This document shows, piece by piece, positions 12,311 through 23,518 of a stretch of 64,000 nucleotides of DNA. The stretch lies in assembly GCF_025526975.1 (NCBI RefSeq), contig NW_026515696.1, positions 186,001 through 250,000 of the forward strand. Direction: 5' to 3'. How positions within the stretch are numbered: the first letter of the stretch is position 1; every line of letters begins with the position of its first letter. This stretch comes from Fimicolochytrium jonesii. Taxonomy: Eukaryota. Below the pieces are notes generated by a model that saw only the letters and a list, made by a program, of their open reading frames with translations, did not search any database and was not told where the DNA came from. The position numbers and the translations under genes are program-made.

Positions 12311-15300
12311 CGGCACCTCCTCAGCGCTCTATGACTTACACAGTCCCTTACAATTATCTGACACCGAAATGGAAGCCATACATACAACCCCTCCTCAAGT
12401 TCCTGCTCTTGTGGGAATTCCTCAAGAGAGTGAACCTCTGAGACCAGTTACTCCCGCAACGTCCACGTTGGCCACCAAAACACCATCCAAGGTCTTTGTA
12501 AACAGCACACTCAGCAAACTCGGTACCGACAATGGAGAACCCAACGTTGCCAATTTGGAGGCGCTTCTTGATCACATTGATGTGATTATGAAGTATCAGA
12601 TGATTACACCTTATGACAACCGCGTAGACTACTTTGTCAACGCACTCACTGGATCTGCTAACCAGTGGTGGAAATGCTTGAGTGAATTCGAACGCTCTTC
12701 CATTATCTCATGGCACAATATTCAAGACGCCTATGGACTGCCCGTTCAAACCGGACTCCGCTCCGCGATGCTCGCGCGCTTCATCCCCCGCACTCACTTG
12801 CTGCAAGTTCTTCATAGACAGCGTGCATTGAAGCCCAAGTCGATGAACCATCAAGGTTTAACCGAATACGTCGCACAGTTCAACCTTTTAGCTGGACAAC
12901 TCAACAATACATGCTCTGTGCCGATTTCCTTCAAGCTCTGCCTAAGAATCTTAGCACCTTGATCACTGCCCAGGAACACTACAACGATAATCTTTGTCTT
13001 TCTCAACCAGCTGCTATGTATAGCTGCCCAAATCAGTGAGAAAACACCAAATGCACCTCAGTCTGGCACATCTGCCGCCCACGCTACTTCTGCTCAACCG
13101 TATAAGGAGAAGAAAGATAAATCGAAGTCTGATGCCTCAAGGGGCTTTTCATCGACTCCCTCCACCTCATCTGGACCCACCAAGTTTTGCAAATTCGGGA
13201 CGCACAAGTCTGAGGATTGCTTCACCTACAAGCGTGTCAAGGAGGATATTGACAAGAAGAAGAACAAGAAGGAGGCATCCGCTGTCACTTCCATGGCCCA
13301 CGCCATGCAATTTCAAGCTTATGCAGCCACCCACAACCCCCGCCTCTTTAAGGCAAAGGTGGATTCAAGCTGTACGGATCATATGACCCCCTTAATTGAG
13401 GATCTGGATTCTACCTCTCTAGTAGACCACCACAGCCTTAGTGGATCCCGGACTCTACAACCCTTACTTCTCACAAGAAGGGCACCGTTCTCATCCAGCC
13501 CAAGTCCAACGGCAATGCGCTTGCTCTGGGCAACGTGTTTTGATTCCTGGTCTCACTCAGCTGCTCATATCAGTTTGTAAATGCACAGATAGCGGCATCC
13601 CCATCTCCTTTCACCCCACCGTCATTACGTTCAACACAGACACCAACTTATTTGTGACGCAACTTACTCACGATGGGACCACGCCAAGGCGACGCGTACT
13701 ATCGAGAGGGACAGGTTACTACATATGAGCCCAACGCCCATGCACTGATTGCTTCCATTACCCCCCAACTTCTACATGAACGCCTTGGACACCCAGGAAA
13801 CCAACCACATTATCCTGGCCATGTCTAACATAGTAGAGGATTGCCCTTCAGTGGGGCCTACGCCTGATTGAGGCGCACGCTGCTACACTTGCGCACTTGG
13901 CAAAGCTACCTGCCTTACCTTCCCTGAATCGACATCCCCGCCACACAAGCCCGGCGAGATGATCCACAGCATATTTACAAGGACGCTTTCAAATTCAGGG
14001 CATTGACGGACAGCGCTACAGTCTTGCGTTCCTCGATGATGGCTCCAAGTTCCCTATTTGATTCCAAGTTACCTATTTGATTCCGGAGAAAGAGCCATCC
14101 ACTATCAAAGAGAAGGTTATGCTCTTTCACAAGTGACATAGGAGGCAAATACACAGGCGAGCTTCCGTCATATTTACATGACAACAGGATCACTCATGAA
14201 TCTATCGTCACCTATTCTGCCGACAAAATGGAAAAGCTGAGCGCCTCAACCGGACGCTGCTGGACCATGTATGCGCTAACTTTGTGGATACGCATCTACC
14301 TCAAAAGCTCTGGCCGTCCATCCTGGAGGCTATTTCCTACCTACACAACCTCTACCTGCATTCACTGGATGCGCTACAGTCGCTTGTGCCTTAATGATGG
14401 CTCCAATTTTGCCCGTACCTACTGAATTACGGAGAATGAGTCATCCACTATCAAGGAGAAGGTTCTGCTCTTTCACAAGTGGCTCATAAATCAAACTGGC
14501 ACCTCCCTCGAGATCTTACAAACCGACAGAGGAGGCAAATACACAGGCAAGGTTCCGTCATATTTACATGACAGCGGGATCCCTCCCAAATCTATCGTCG
14601 CCTATTCTAGCCAACAAAATGCGAAAGCTGAGCGCCTCAACCGCACGCTGCTACACCGTGTACGTGCTGTGCTACCTTTGTGGATACACATCTACCTCAA
14701 AAGCTCTGGCCGTATATCCTAGAGGCTGTTTCCTACCTACAGGACCGCTACCCCCATTGAGGTGCATCACCGGATGCTAAATCGCGCTGCCTATACCTTA
14801 TTGGTCGCCACTCCAGCATCGCACATCCGCGCAAGCTCAGATGTCTCGTGTATACGTTTGTTCCACCCAAGTGCCCAGACAAGATGGCCAAACACTCTAC
14901 AAGGACATGTCTTGTCAGCTACACACACCAACAAGGAACCAAAGTTTACTACATATGGCATCCAGTATGCGATACCATTACAATCTCCCATGACGTTTGT
15001 TTCGATGAATCTACTGGCCTCCTTGAACATGTTCGTCAGGATCCCGCTCTTCTTGACATCCAAGAAGATGTTTCCCTTTTCCGCCCAGCCACATGAAACG
15101 CCCAAACAATTGAGCAATACTCATGCTCCTTCAATGCGTGTAGCGAGGACACCCCTACATCAGTCACTATGACCTGGCGCCAAGCGATGGCCTCCCCTCA
15201 CTCAGCCAACTTCAAACTTGTCTCATCAATAACAAAACTTGGGAACTAGTACCCCTGCCGCACGGTCAGCGTGTACTCGGTACTACTTGGGTACTTTGTC

Positions 15301-15937
15301 AAATCTTCAACCCCGATGGTCGTTTCAAGGTATTCAAGGGCCACGGCGTCGTTCAAGGTTTTTGCCAACAATACGGCATTGATTACACTGACACCAATGC
15401 ACCAACACTGCCCATGTCAGTACTACGCCTATTCCTTGCCATAGCCAGCTCTCTCAGTATCGATATTTATCAACTTGATGTCCCCAACACATTCTTTCAC
15501 AGCGACATTGACGGTTGTGTCTACGTCAAGCAATTTCAATGCCACAAAGATCTGCGCCACCCGCACCGCAACGGGGTATACCTTCTTGTCAAGGCTTTAT
15601 ACGGTTTGAAGCAGTCACCGCTTCTCTGGTACTGCACCCTTTGCGACACACTCAGGTCCCTCGGCTACCAAATGTTGGTTAACTGCCCCTGCATCTTCTA
15701 TCGCTTCGCAACAACCACGCGTACCCTGGACGCCATTCCAATTCTTTTGATGTATGTGGAAAACTTCATTGCCATGTGTCTGCCCCTTTACATTGATCAA
15801 GATAAAGCTGAACTTGGTTTTCACTTTAGCTGTATGAATCTAGGCTGCATTTAGAATTGCCTCGGTCTTGTATTCAATTACACGCTCTCGGCTTCGAGCA
15901 ATCACCTCAGCATCAGTCATGTTACCTATATTGACAG
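12311..15937 (+). mobile_element. Second, heavily decayed Copia-like element (gag, protease, integrase with internal tandem duplication, RT)
   Basis: VNALTGSANQWW (gag), KAKVDSSCTDHMTP (protease), HERLGHP and TISHDVCFDES (integrase), and YQLDVPNTFFHSD..LVKALYGLKQSPLLWY (RT). Segment ~14035-14345 is duplicated at ~14393-14740. Confidence 0.85.
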
Positions 15938-15938
15938 C

Positions 15939-16432
15939 CTACGTCGGGGTCTTTCTCTCTTTTCCTGTGGCGGTCTACGTAATTTTTCCTTTTTCCATTC
16001 GCATGTTTGGCGCTGATACAGTCTTATCGCTAATCTTTTCTCGGGGTTTTCTGCAATGTTCGGCGTATACGGCCACTGGAAATTGGTTTTCTTGTTTCGC
16101 AGGTGATTTCTTCAGCGTTTCGGGCGTCATGGGAGCTTCTGGTTGGTTGAGAGTCGGGTCGGGGTTGCTTTCATGTGTGAGATCCTCTCCTACGCCTACA
16201 TTTTTCGCATGTCAGTCGTATCCGAGGACAAAACGTCGTTGTGAAGCAAGGTTTCAGTCAAGGTAGTTGTATTTGGTAATCGTCGGAGTGTCGGGAACGC
16301 CCGTGTGTCGATTTATTGTCGGAAGTTTTGACGGTATTTTGACGTTGTCGTATAAAGGTGATTTCATTCGCTTGTTGAAGCTTCTAGGCATATAATCGGC
16401 GTCGAAATATTATCGATTTCATGCGCAGTTTG
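15939..16432. repeat. Left arm of a ~490-bp inverted-repeat pair (right arm 19144-19637)
   Basis: ctacgtcggggtcttt...ttatcgatttcatgcgc is the near-exact reverse complement of gcgcatgaaatcgataa...aaagaccccgacgtag. Confidence 0.9.
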
Positions 16433-16434
16433 AA

Positions 16435-17532
16435 GCGCACCACCACAACGTCAACACGACAAAGGTCGAACGTCAATCGCATACAAAATTGGCGACCTCA
16501 TCAATCTAAATCGGCAAGGGATCAACCTAGAAGTAGACGCTCGAAGAGGACTTCGATACTCAGCCACGTGCTTCGGACCATTCAAAATCATCGCACTGGG
16601 AGCACATCCTGATACCTACAAACTCGATTTATCACCATCGAAGATCGGCGGCATCTGGCCCATCTTTCACGTCGATATTTTAAGGCCACATCGCAAAGAG
16701 CAATATCCGCAAAGTGCAGTTCCACAACCTCCTCCACCAATCGAAGAACGCGGACAACCTGAATGGGTTGTAGAAGATATCATCGACGAGCGACGCGCCG
16801 TACAAAATCTTTTAGTCAAATGGCTCGGTTACCCTGACCCTACATGGCAACCCGAATCCGCACTTCGCTACATGCCTGGCTACAAACGACGGCGTAAAGC
16901 TCATCCACAATCTTTGTGGATCCGGAGACGAACAGCATAGAGCATCTCATATCACATCACATGCGCAACGCCGCAAGAACCGCTAACTACCAATCACACC
17001 GCTGACAATAGCGACGTAAACTACATTACATCACGCGCGGCGACGCAAGAGCCGACCTTACACAAACACACATATCACACGACGTCGGCTTAGGGACGCC
17101 TTTGCCTCAAACACACACATCCCACAGTGCGTCAACACTATAAAATGAACAAGTGCATCAACACCATAAAATGAACATGAGCTCTCCCTTTATTTACATA
17201 TCCCTTGTAGTTCACCTCTTATTTATTCGGCGCCCTCCTCAGGATCTGAGGGAGGTTCTGGAGATATCTCATATATTCACTTGTATTTCATATTACATCT
17301 CTTTACTTCTACTTGATCCGAGACCCAGGCTGGCCACCCGAGCTCTCGGTGACACATTACATCAGGCGCCAAGCCTCACTGAAGCCACGCAAGCCCCATT
17401 GACAACCCATATATAAAGCTGTCAGTCGAGCGGCCGCTGCAGAAAGCTTTTTACTTTTTTCTTCAATACAATACACTGCTCGCAGCCCTCTCAGAAGGGC
17501 CCAATATCGCCTACGTTTCCTCTGACGTTACA
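16435..17532 (+). mobile_element. Chromovirus (Ty3/Gypsy) integrase C-terminus with chromodomain, purine tract and 3' LTR (about 17259-17532)
   Basis: FGPFKII..PDTYKLDL..IWPIFHVDILRP (GPY/F motif), EWVVEDIIDER..LVKWLGYPDPTWQPESAL (chromodomain), then gagggagg and a TG...TTACA-bounded segment. Confidence 0.85.
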
Positions 17533-19143
17533 GTTTCTAACGGTTCTAGGACCCACTGCAATGCGTAAAGTGGGGTTAGGGTTAGGGTAGTATCCTAACC
17601 TGTGGTATTCATGCACTTCTGCACTTCCTTAATGCACATGGGCCACCCTTCCATTACGTTCAGGTTGACCGGGATCAATTAGCTAAACTAGGTGCGGGGA
17701 ATGCTGCGGAGATGGATGATCCGATGGACTTGGACTGAGGTTAACCAGGAGGGGATTCTTCCGAGGAGGGTTAGGGCGCATTTCATAGAGAGGAAAAGGC
17801 GTATCCCGTAGTTTTAACATCCCATACTTTATTAAACATCCTGTAGTTCAGCTGTACTGTAATGCTGTAATCCCAGTTCAGCAGTAATGTACGTATGTAC
17901 AGCACCACAACAAAAGGGTTACGGTTGTAGGGTTAGGGTTAGGTTTCCGCACGCGCGTTACATATCTAACAGTGGATTTACACCATTCTGGTGTACTGTG
18001 ATGCATTCAGAAAACACTGGCGCTTTGGCACAGTTAAATCTTGCTTTCCCTGCAGACGTGCAGGTAACTGGTTCAATTCACACTCCCAGACAGCTTCTTT
18101 GTTCAGATTATGACCCCTGTCGAGCTAGGCGCGGCGTGGTAACTACTGTCGCGCTTGGCGCTTCGTGGGTGTTAAATGAACAGCACAACTAAGTACCGCA
18201 ACAGAAAGCTACCTTAACCAATCCTCAAGGCCTTACCCGCTCTCAAACAGCTCGAGCCACAACCATTTTTGCTCTGCCTCACGCTCCATCTCGACGGGGC
18301 TCTGGGGAAACCAGCACAGCCCATGCAGGTCGACCTCCCGCATGCGGCGGTCGTGCTCAACATGGGCCGCAAGATCAGCGTATAGCAAACATGCCCAGAC
18401 CGCACAGCCCATGCCGGTCGGCCTCCCGCAAGCAGCGGTCGTGCTCAACATGGGCCGCAAGCCCAGGCGGTCAACACCCAGTGGAGACGCCCACAGCTGC
18501 ACAGCCGCCACTCCCCTCGTCAGCCCTGAGCATGCTCGGAGTGTGCTCTGTGTGAGTTGCCGGGCTTGAGCTGGAAGGAGGTGGGCGGTGGCCAGGGGGG
18601 TGAGGGGGCTGTCGTCCGCACCGAGCGCTTGACGTTTTGTGTGAGAGGAGGAGAGTGTGGTCTTGGAGATGCGGCGATCAGCAGCAGTGTGGACAAGCCA
18701 CCACTGCACCACGACTGTGCCTCACCGCTCTCAGCCTCAATACCACAGCACTAACGTGAGTTCTTTGACCTGCAACACCGGTCTCGGCTGACTTAAGGCA
18801 CAGCACAGCCATCATGTCATCACACCAGGCGCTTCAGGGGCACCTGTGGGGTGGCTTCTTTGCCGGAGTTACCACACCACGGCGGAAGAGGAGGAAGGTT
18901 GCTCCGGTTACCCCGCGGTTGCCCATACGTCTGCCAAACGCTGTGCAGCCAACCGCTGACACCATTGCAACCCCCGCAATTTAAGTTCCCACCTTCTGTC
19001 CATCGCCACTTGCCCGAAGCAATTGCAGACATGGTTAGCGAAAGTTCCGGCGATGAAGACGGGCGGCACCAGCAGCGAGGGCTTTCAGCCGTGGACAGGG
19101 ATCTGCAGCGCCCACTGAACCTCCCCGCGCTGTAGTATTGCGC

Positions 19144-19637
19144 TAAACGGCGCATGAAATCGATAACATTCCGATGCCGATTATACACCTAGAATCTTCG
19201 ACAAGCGAAAGAAATCACCTTTATACGACAACATCAAAATACCGTCAAAACTTTCGACAATAAATCGACACACTCGCGTTCCCGACATTCCGACGATTAC
19301 CAAATACAACTCCCTTTACCGAAACCTTGCTTCACAACGACGTTTTGTCCTCGGATACAACTGATATGCGAAACATGTAGGCATAGGAGAGGATCTCACA
19401 CATGAAAGCAACCCCGACCCGACTCTCAACCAACCAGAAGCTCCCATGACGCCCGAAACGCTGAAGAAATCACCTGCGAAACAAGAAAACCAATTTCCAG
19501 TGGCCGTATACGCCGAACGTTGCAGAAAACCCCGAGAAAAGATTAGCGATAAGACTGTATCAGCGCCAAAATTGCGAATGGAAAAAGGAAAAACTATGTA
19601 GACCGCCGCAGGAAAAGAGAAAAAGACCCCGACGTAG
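19144..19637. repeat. Right arm of the ~490-bp inverted-repeat pair
   Basis: Reverse complement of 15939-16432; lies immediately upstream of the Fanzor locus. Confidence 0.9.
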
Positions 19638-19979
19638 CTAAATCCTCTAGAGACGACTAGTAGAGAATTTGGACTTCCACAAAATCCCGTAGCCTAGAAA
19701 AATCCATATAAAAACCCAACTGTTTTGCCCAGACCTTTGTACAACACGCAGAACACAGATCCCGATCAACAACAGAGCTTTCTACTTCTCTACTCCCGAC
19801 GACTTCTTTCAGTTTCAGATAGACTTTCAAGGCGCGCTCATAGATCCGGAGAGCTTAGACAAGACGACCCCGACTGTCGCAACTTGTACTTTGCTGACGT
19901 CGCCGAGGACTTGGTAGTTCAGGAATCCCGTAAGAAGAGCTGAGAGTGAGATTGTATAACCCTGTTGTTTTGTTTTGTA

Positions 19980-22590
19980 GTCAACCCCGCAGATATTCCT
20001 GATTTCGTACCCGTACCCGTAATTCCCGACCCCATATTAGAAGAAGGACTCCTTTCAAAGCACCTGGATATTAAGGTTGCAAGACAACGCTCTCCCTTGA
20101 GATCTTTTCTTGTGCTATTGAGAGACTGGCAGCTTATTTTTCCCGAAACCTGACCGTAAACCCGTATTCAACAGACCCTCGCTTCTGCCGGCCACCACCA
20201 CAGCGCCCATCCCTTTCCGTTTTCCCAGCACACCGGGTGGATCCCTAGTGTATGAACCCCCGCCACCACCACCACCAATTCAACGACCCCGCCCACAGAC
20301 ACATGCCAGCACCAAGGTTTTGCTTCACCGAATCCATAATCAAAATCAAGTTCAAAGGGAGCGCCTGACAACATTCATCGGCAATGTTCACATCCTTGCG
20401 CGCCACACCACCTTCTTTCTCAAGTACTACCTTGGTGAGTCTTTGAGGTGCACTATATATTTCCCATCAAACATTGTCCTGACTGCTACGTCTGCTCACC
20501 GCAGCTGATCATCCTCTACACAATTTCCCGGACATTACCGACAAGCACATCAGTGTGATATTTGAGCTGCTAAACAATCCAGACTACAATGGCAATCCAG
20601 TCATTGCGCAAGAGTTGCGTCCACGGGTTCAAGACTACTGTGATGTTCACGGATTCGCCCCCATCCGCATGCAAAATTGCCAACAGACCGCAGCGTACAC
20701 AGCTACGAGCATATTCACAAACCTCAAAGTCAACGTACAAGAGCATTTCATGCAAATGTTTCTGCGCTACGTCAATGAAAGGCTTGGCTTGAAGCAAGTC
20801 GAACTGCATCTCCGGAGAGGGCAGCGGTGACACTATTATCAGCGTGTCCGCCAGGTTGCAAAGTATGCAACGTTTGAAGAGTTTCCAACCGAAGAGGAAT
20901 TTGCCCGCCTCACACGACTCGAGCGGACTGTCCTCAACAAGTTATGGGCTCTGTTTCCTCCCCAGGATGAACCGCTTGCATACAGCCTTGCAGTGGACGC
21001 AATGCCATATTTAGGTGAGTTAGTATATTTCCGCCCCCACCCCCACCCCCCGGCTTCCTCTTTTGTCTAATCATGGTCCGCACCTGCCTCATCACAGGTG
21101 CCTATTGTGAGCTCTCACGCCTCTATGAGCGCCGTGGAATGCGGCTGTTTTCGGCTATCCCGCTGCGCAAACCTTGAATCCAGTCATCTGTTCGGATGGA
21201 CACGCTGATCCTAGGCACTCATATCCTGGATTTCGGCCAACGTCGCATGGGGAAACTCACCAATGAATGCAAGCGGGAGCTGTGGGGGCAGTTTCTCAAT
21301 GTGAATGTCAGTTAAGTCTGGATGCTTTTGCGCTTATTTCAATCACCTCGCTGAATGACGGATTGCAGGACAAGGTCTTCAAGCATTGAAAGAAGCTTGG
21401 TCTCAAATTTGATGGGTCAATCAGCGCAAACGGGTCTTCCGTTACCATCCACTTCAAGAAGCCAGGGCTCAAGTATGGGCATCGGGCCTGCAAGCGCAGC
21501 AAGGCCAAAATGCGGGAAGAAGTCAAGCAGCTGTATTTTGAGCACCACATTGCCGAACTGAGGGAGGCTCCAAACATCGTCTGCATTGGTCCGGGCTAGC
21601 GTGACCTCTTGTTCTGTCGAGACATCAAGAAAGAGCGACCATTTTGATATCTTTTAGTGGATTACTACTTTTGACATTCCGTTGCAGCATCCTCACAATG
21701 CACCACCCCGTATCAGATACACATCCAATCAACGGGCGTTTGAGACAAAGTCTTGGTACTTTTGAGAAGACATGACAGAGCAAAAGATTAATGCCAGCAT
21801 CACTGAGATGGAATCCCATATCCCATTGCACAAGAGCATGAACATCGAGGCGTTCTCAGAGTTCATCGTGGATTACGAACATGCGGGTATGATGTTCTAC
21901 TTCAACTTTGATTTTCAACTTTGGTAAAACATGGGCTGACATCCATATCCCAGATCCCGCCCTGGATGAGTTTTACCAGGATGGGATTCATGTGGCTCGC
22001 AGATTTAAGGCGTTCTCACTGTGGCAAAAGTCTGAGAGCAAGCTCATCAAGAACATGCGACGCCTGTATGGAAAGCATTTTGCCGTCATCTTGGGTGATT
22101 GGAGCGATGCTGGAAAGACCATGCGCTTCCAGGAGTCATCAAAGACCAAAGGGTGAGTGACCATCATTGGTACTATGTATTATAATATGCTAACTCATCA
22201 TGGAAATCAGATTCCGCACACTCTTTGCAAGAAACAACATTCCGTGTTACTTGCTAGACGAGTATCGAACGTCCTCCGTGTGCCCAGACTGCCACGGCCG
22301 TGTCAAGAAAAACATCCGATGCCGGCTGTCATCTCAGCCGTGGCTTGGTGGGTTGAATGGGAAGAAAGGGAAGAATGGAATTTGTCCATGGATTGGTGGG
22401 TTGCCCCAACCCCGAATGTATCAACCAAGACTGGACGCCATTTGAGATTCCTGGAAGACAACCACTACGACTACGGATGAAAGTGCACAATTGGGACGTC
22501 CTAAGCACCAAGAATTTCCTCTCGATTGTGCGTTCGGTGGTGTTTGGCATTGATGGCCGCAGACCAGACGCATTCTCCCGTAACCGGTAG
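19980..22590 (+). pseudogene. Fanzor1 (TnpB-derived RNA-guided RuvC endonuclease) gene with about 6 introns, inactivated; 5' boundary approximate
   Basis: Spliced translation gives TNLKVNVQEHFMQMFLRY, FSAIPLR, FDGSISANGSSV, YTSNQRAFET, QKSESKLIKNMRRLYGKHFAVILGDWSDAGKTMRFQESSKTKG, LLDEYRTSSVCPDC, VHGLVGCPNPEC and NWDVLSTKNFL..RPDAFSR. These are collinear with SpuFz1 as I recall it. Several in-frame stops are present, and RuvC-I reads IGPG* rather than IDP. Confidence 0.92.
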
Positions 22591-23518
22591 TCTAGATTTC
22601 ACCCCATCCCATTTTCCGTGGTGGTTATCTGCCATCCACATCATTGTACCTCTGCCTGAGGCGTCGCCGATGATGGCAACTTGTAGGGAGTTAAGAGCAA
22701 AGATGAAGTGGAACGTGCCGCGTTGCCTGTACATGTAGGCGTTGCTGGGGCCTGAGCTAAGTGTCTAACTTACTTATCTATCCTGTTACTGTGGAAGAGC
22801 TGGGCGTGGGAATTCGGCAAGATTGGAGACGGAGGCAGCACGACCAGCACGAGGGGAAGCCACATTTGACAACCACTTTATACGGAGACAGGAAGCCACA
22901 AGCCTCAGAGCGTGCGTCTCCCGAAAGTCTCGAAGAGGCCAATCGGATACGCTTAATGAAGTTGCGAGGCACTCCCCGCTCCCACACGAACACTCTCGAC
23001 CGCGTAGTAGTACTTTCGTTGAACCTTGCGCTGTACAGTACTGTATGTATAGTGTACTGTATGTACGTCATTTCGTGAGGGTACGCTGGGGCCGTATTAT
23101 CTCAACTTTGTTGGGCTGAGTCCTGACTCCGTCGGAAAGTTGGGCAGAAATACTCCAATAAAAACGTGTGCACAGATATGTGAGCTCGGAGGAAGAGGAT
23201 GCCAGTGACTGGACAGCAGCGGAAAGGAGTGTGCCGACTTGCCCCGGAGGAACCCTCCTAGTCCATAGTTATTGCGGATGCCGCTCGTTCGTGCGCTCTC
23301 GGGCAGATGGTTCAGCTTTGAGTAAGGCACGCATTTTCTGCCAAGGGGAATGCTGAGAATATGTTTCCTCGTCTCAACGCAGATATGGTCAGGAATCAAG
23401 TGTGTTGCAAAACTCTATGATGTAATGTAATTACAGATGGTGCTTCAAGTCTGAATCAACAGAACGAGGGGGATATTGGGAGCAACACTATGCTACAAGG
23501 TCGCTAATATCAAGGAGT

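Noticed and set aside
11202..12962. 586-aa ORF as a novel gag-protease-integrase-gag fusion protein
   Set aside because: It is best explained as a chance in-frame junction at about 12310 between two truncated retroelements.
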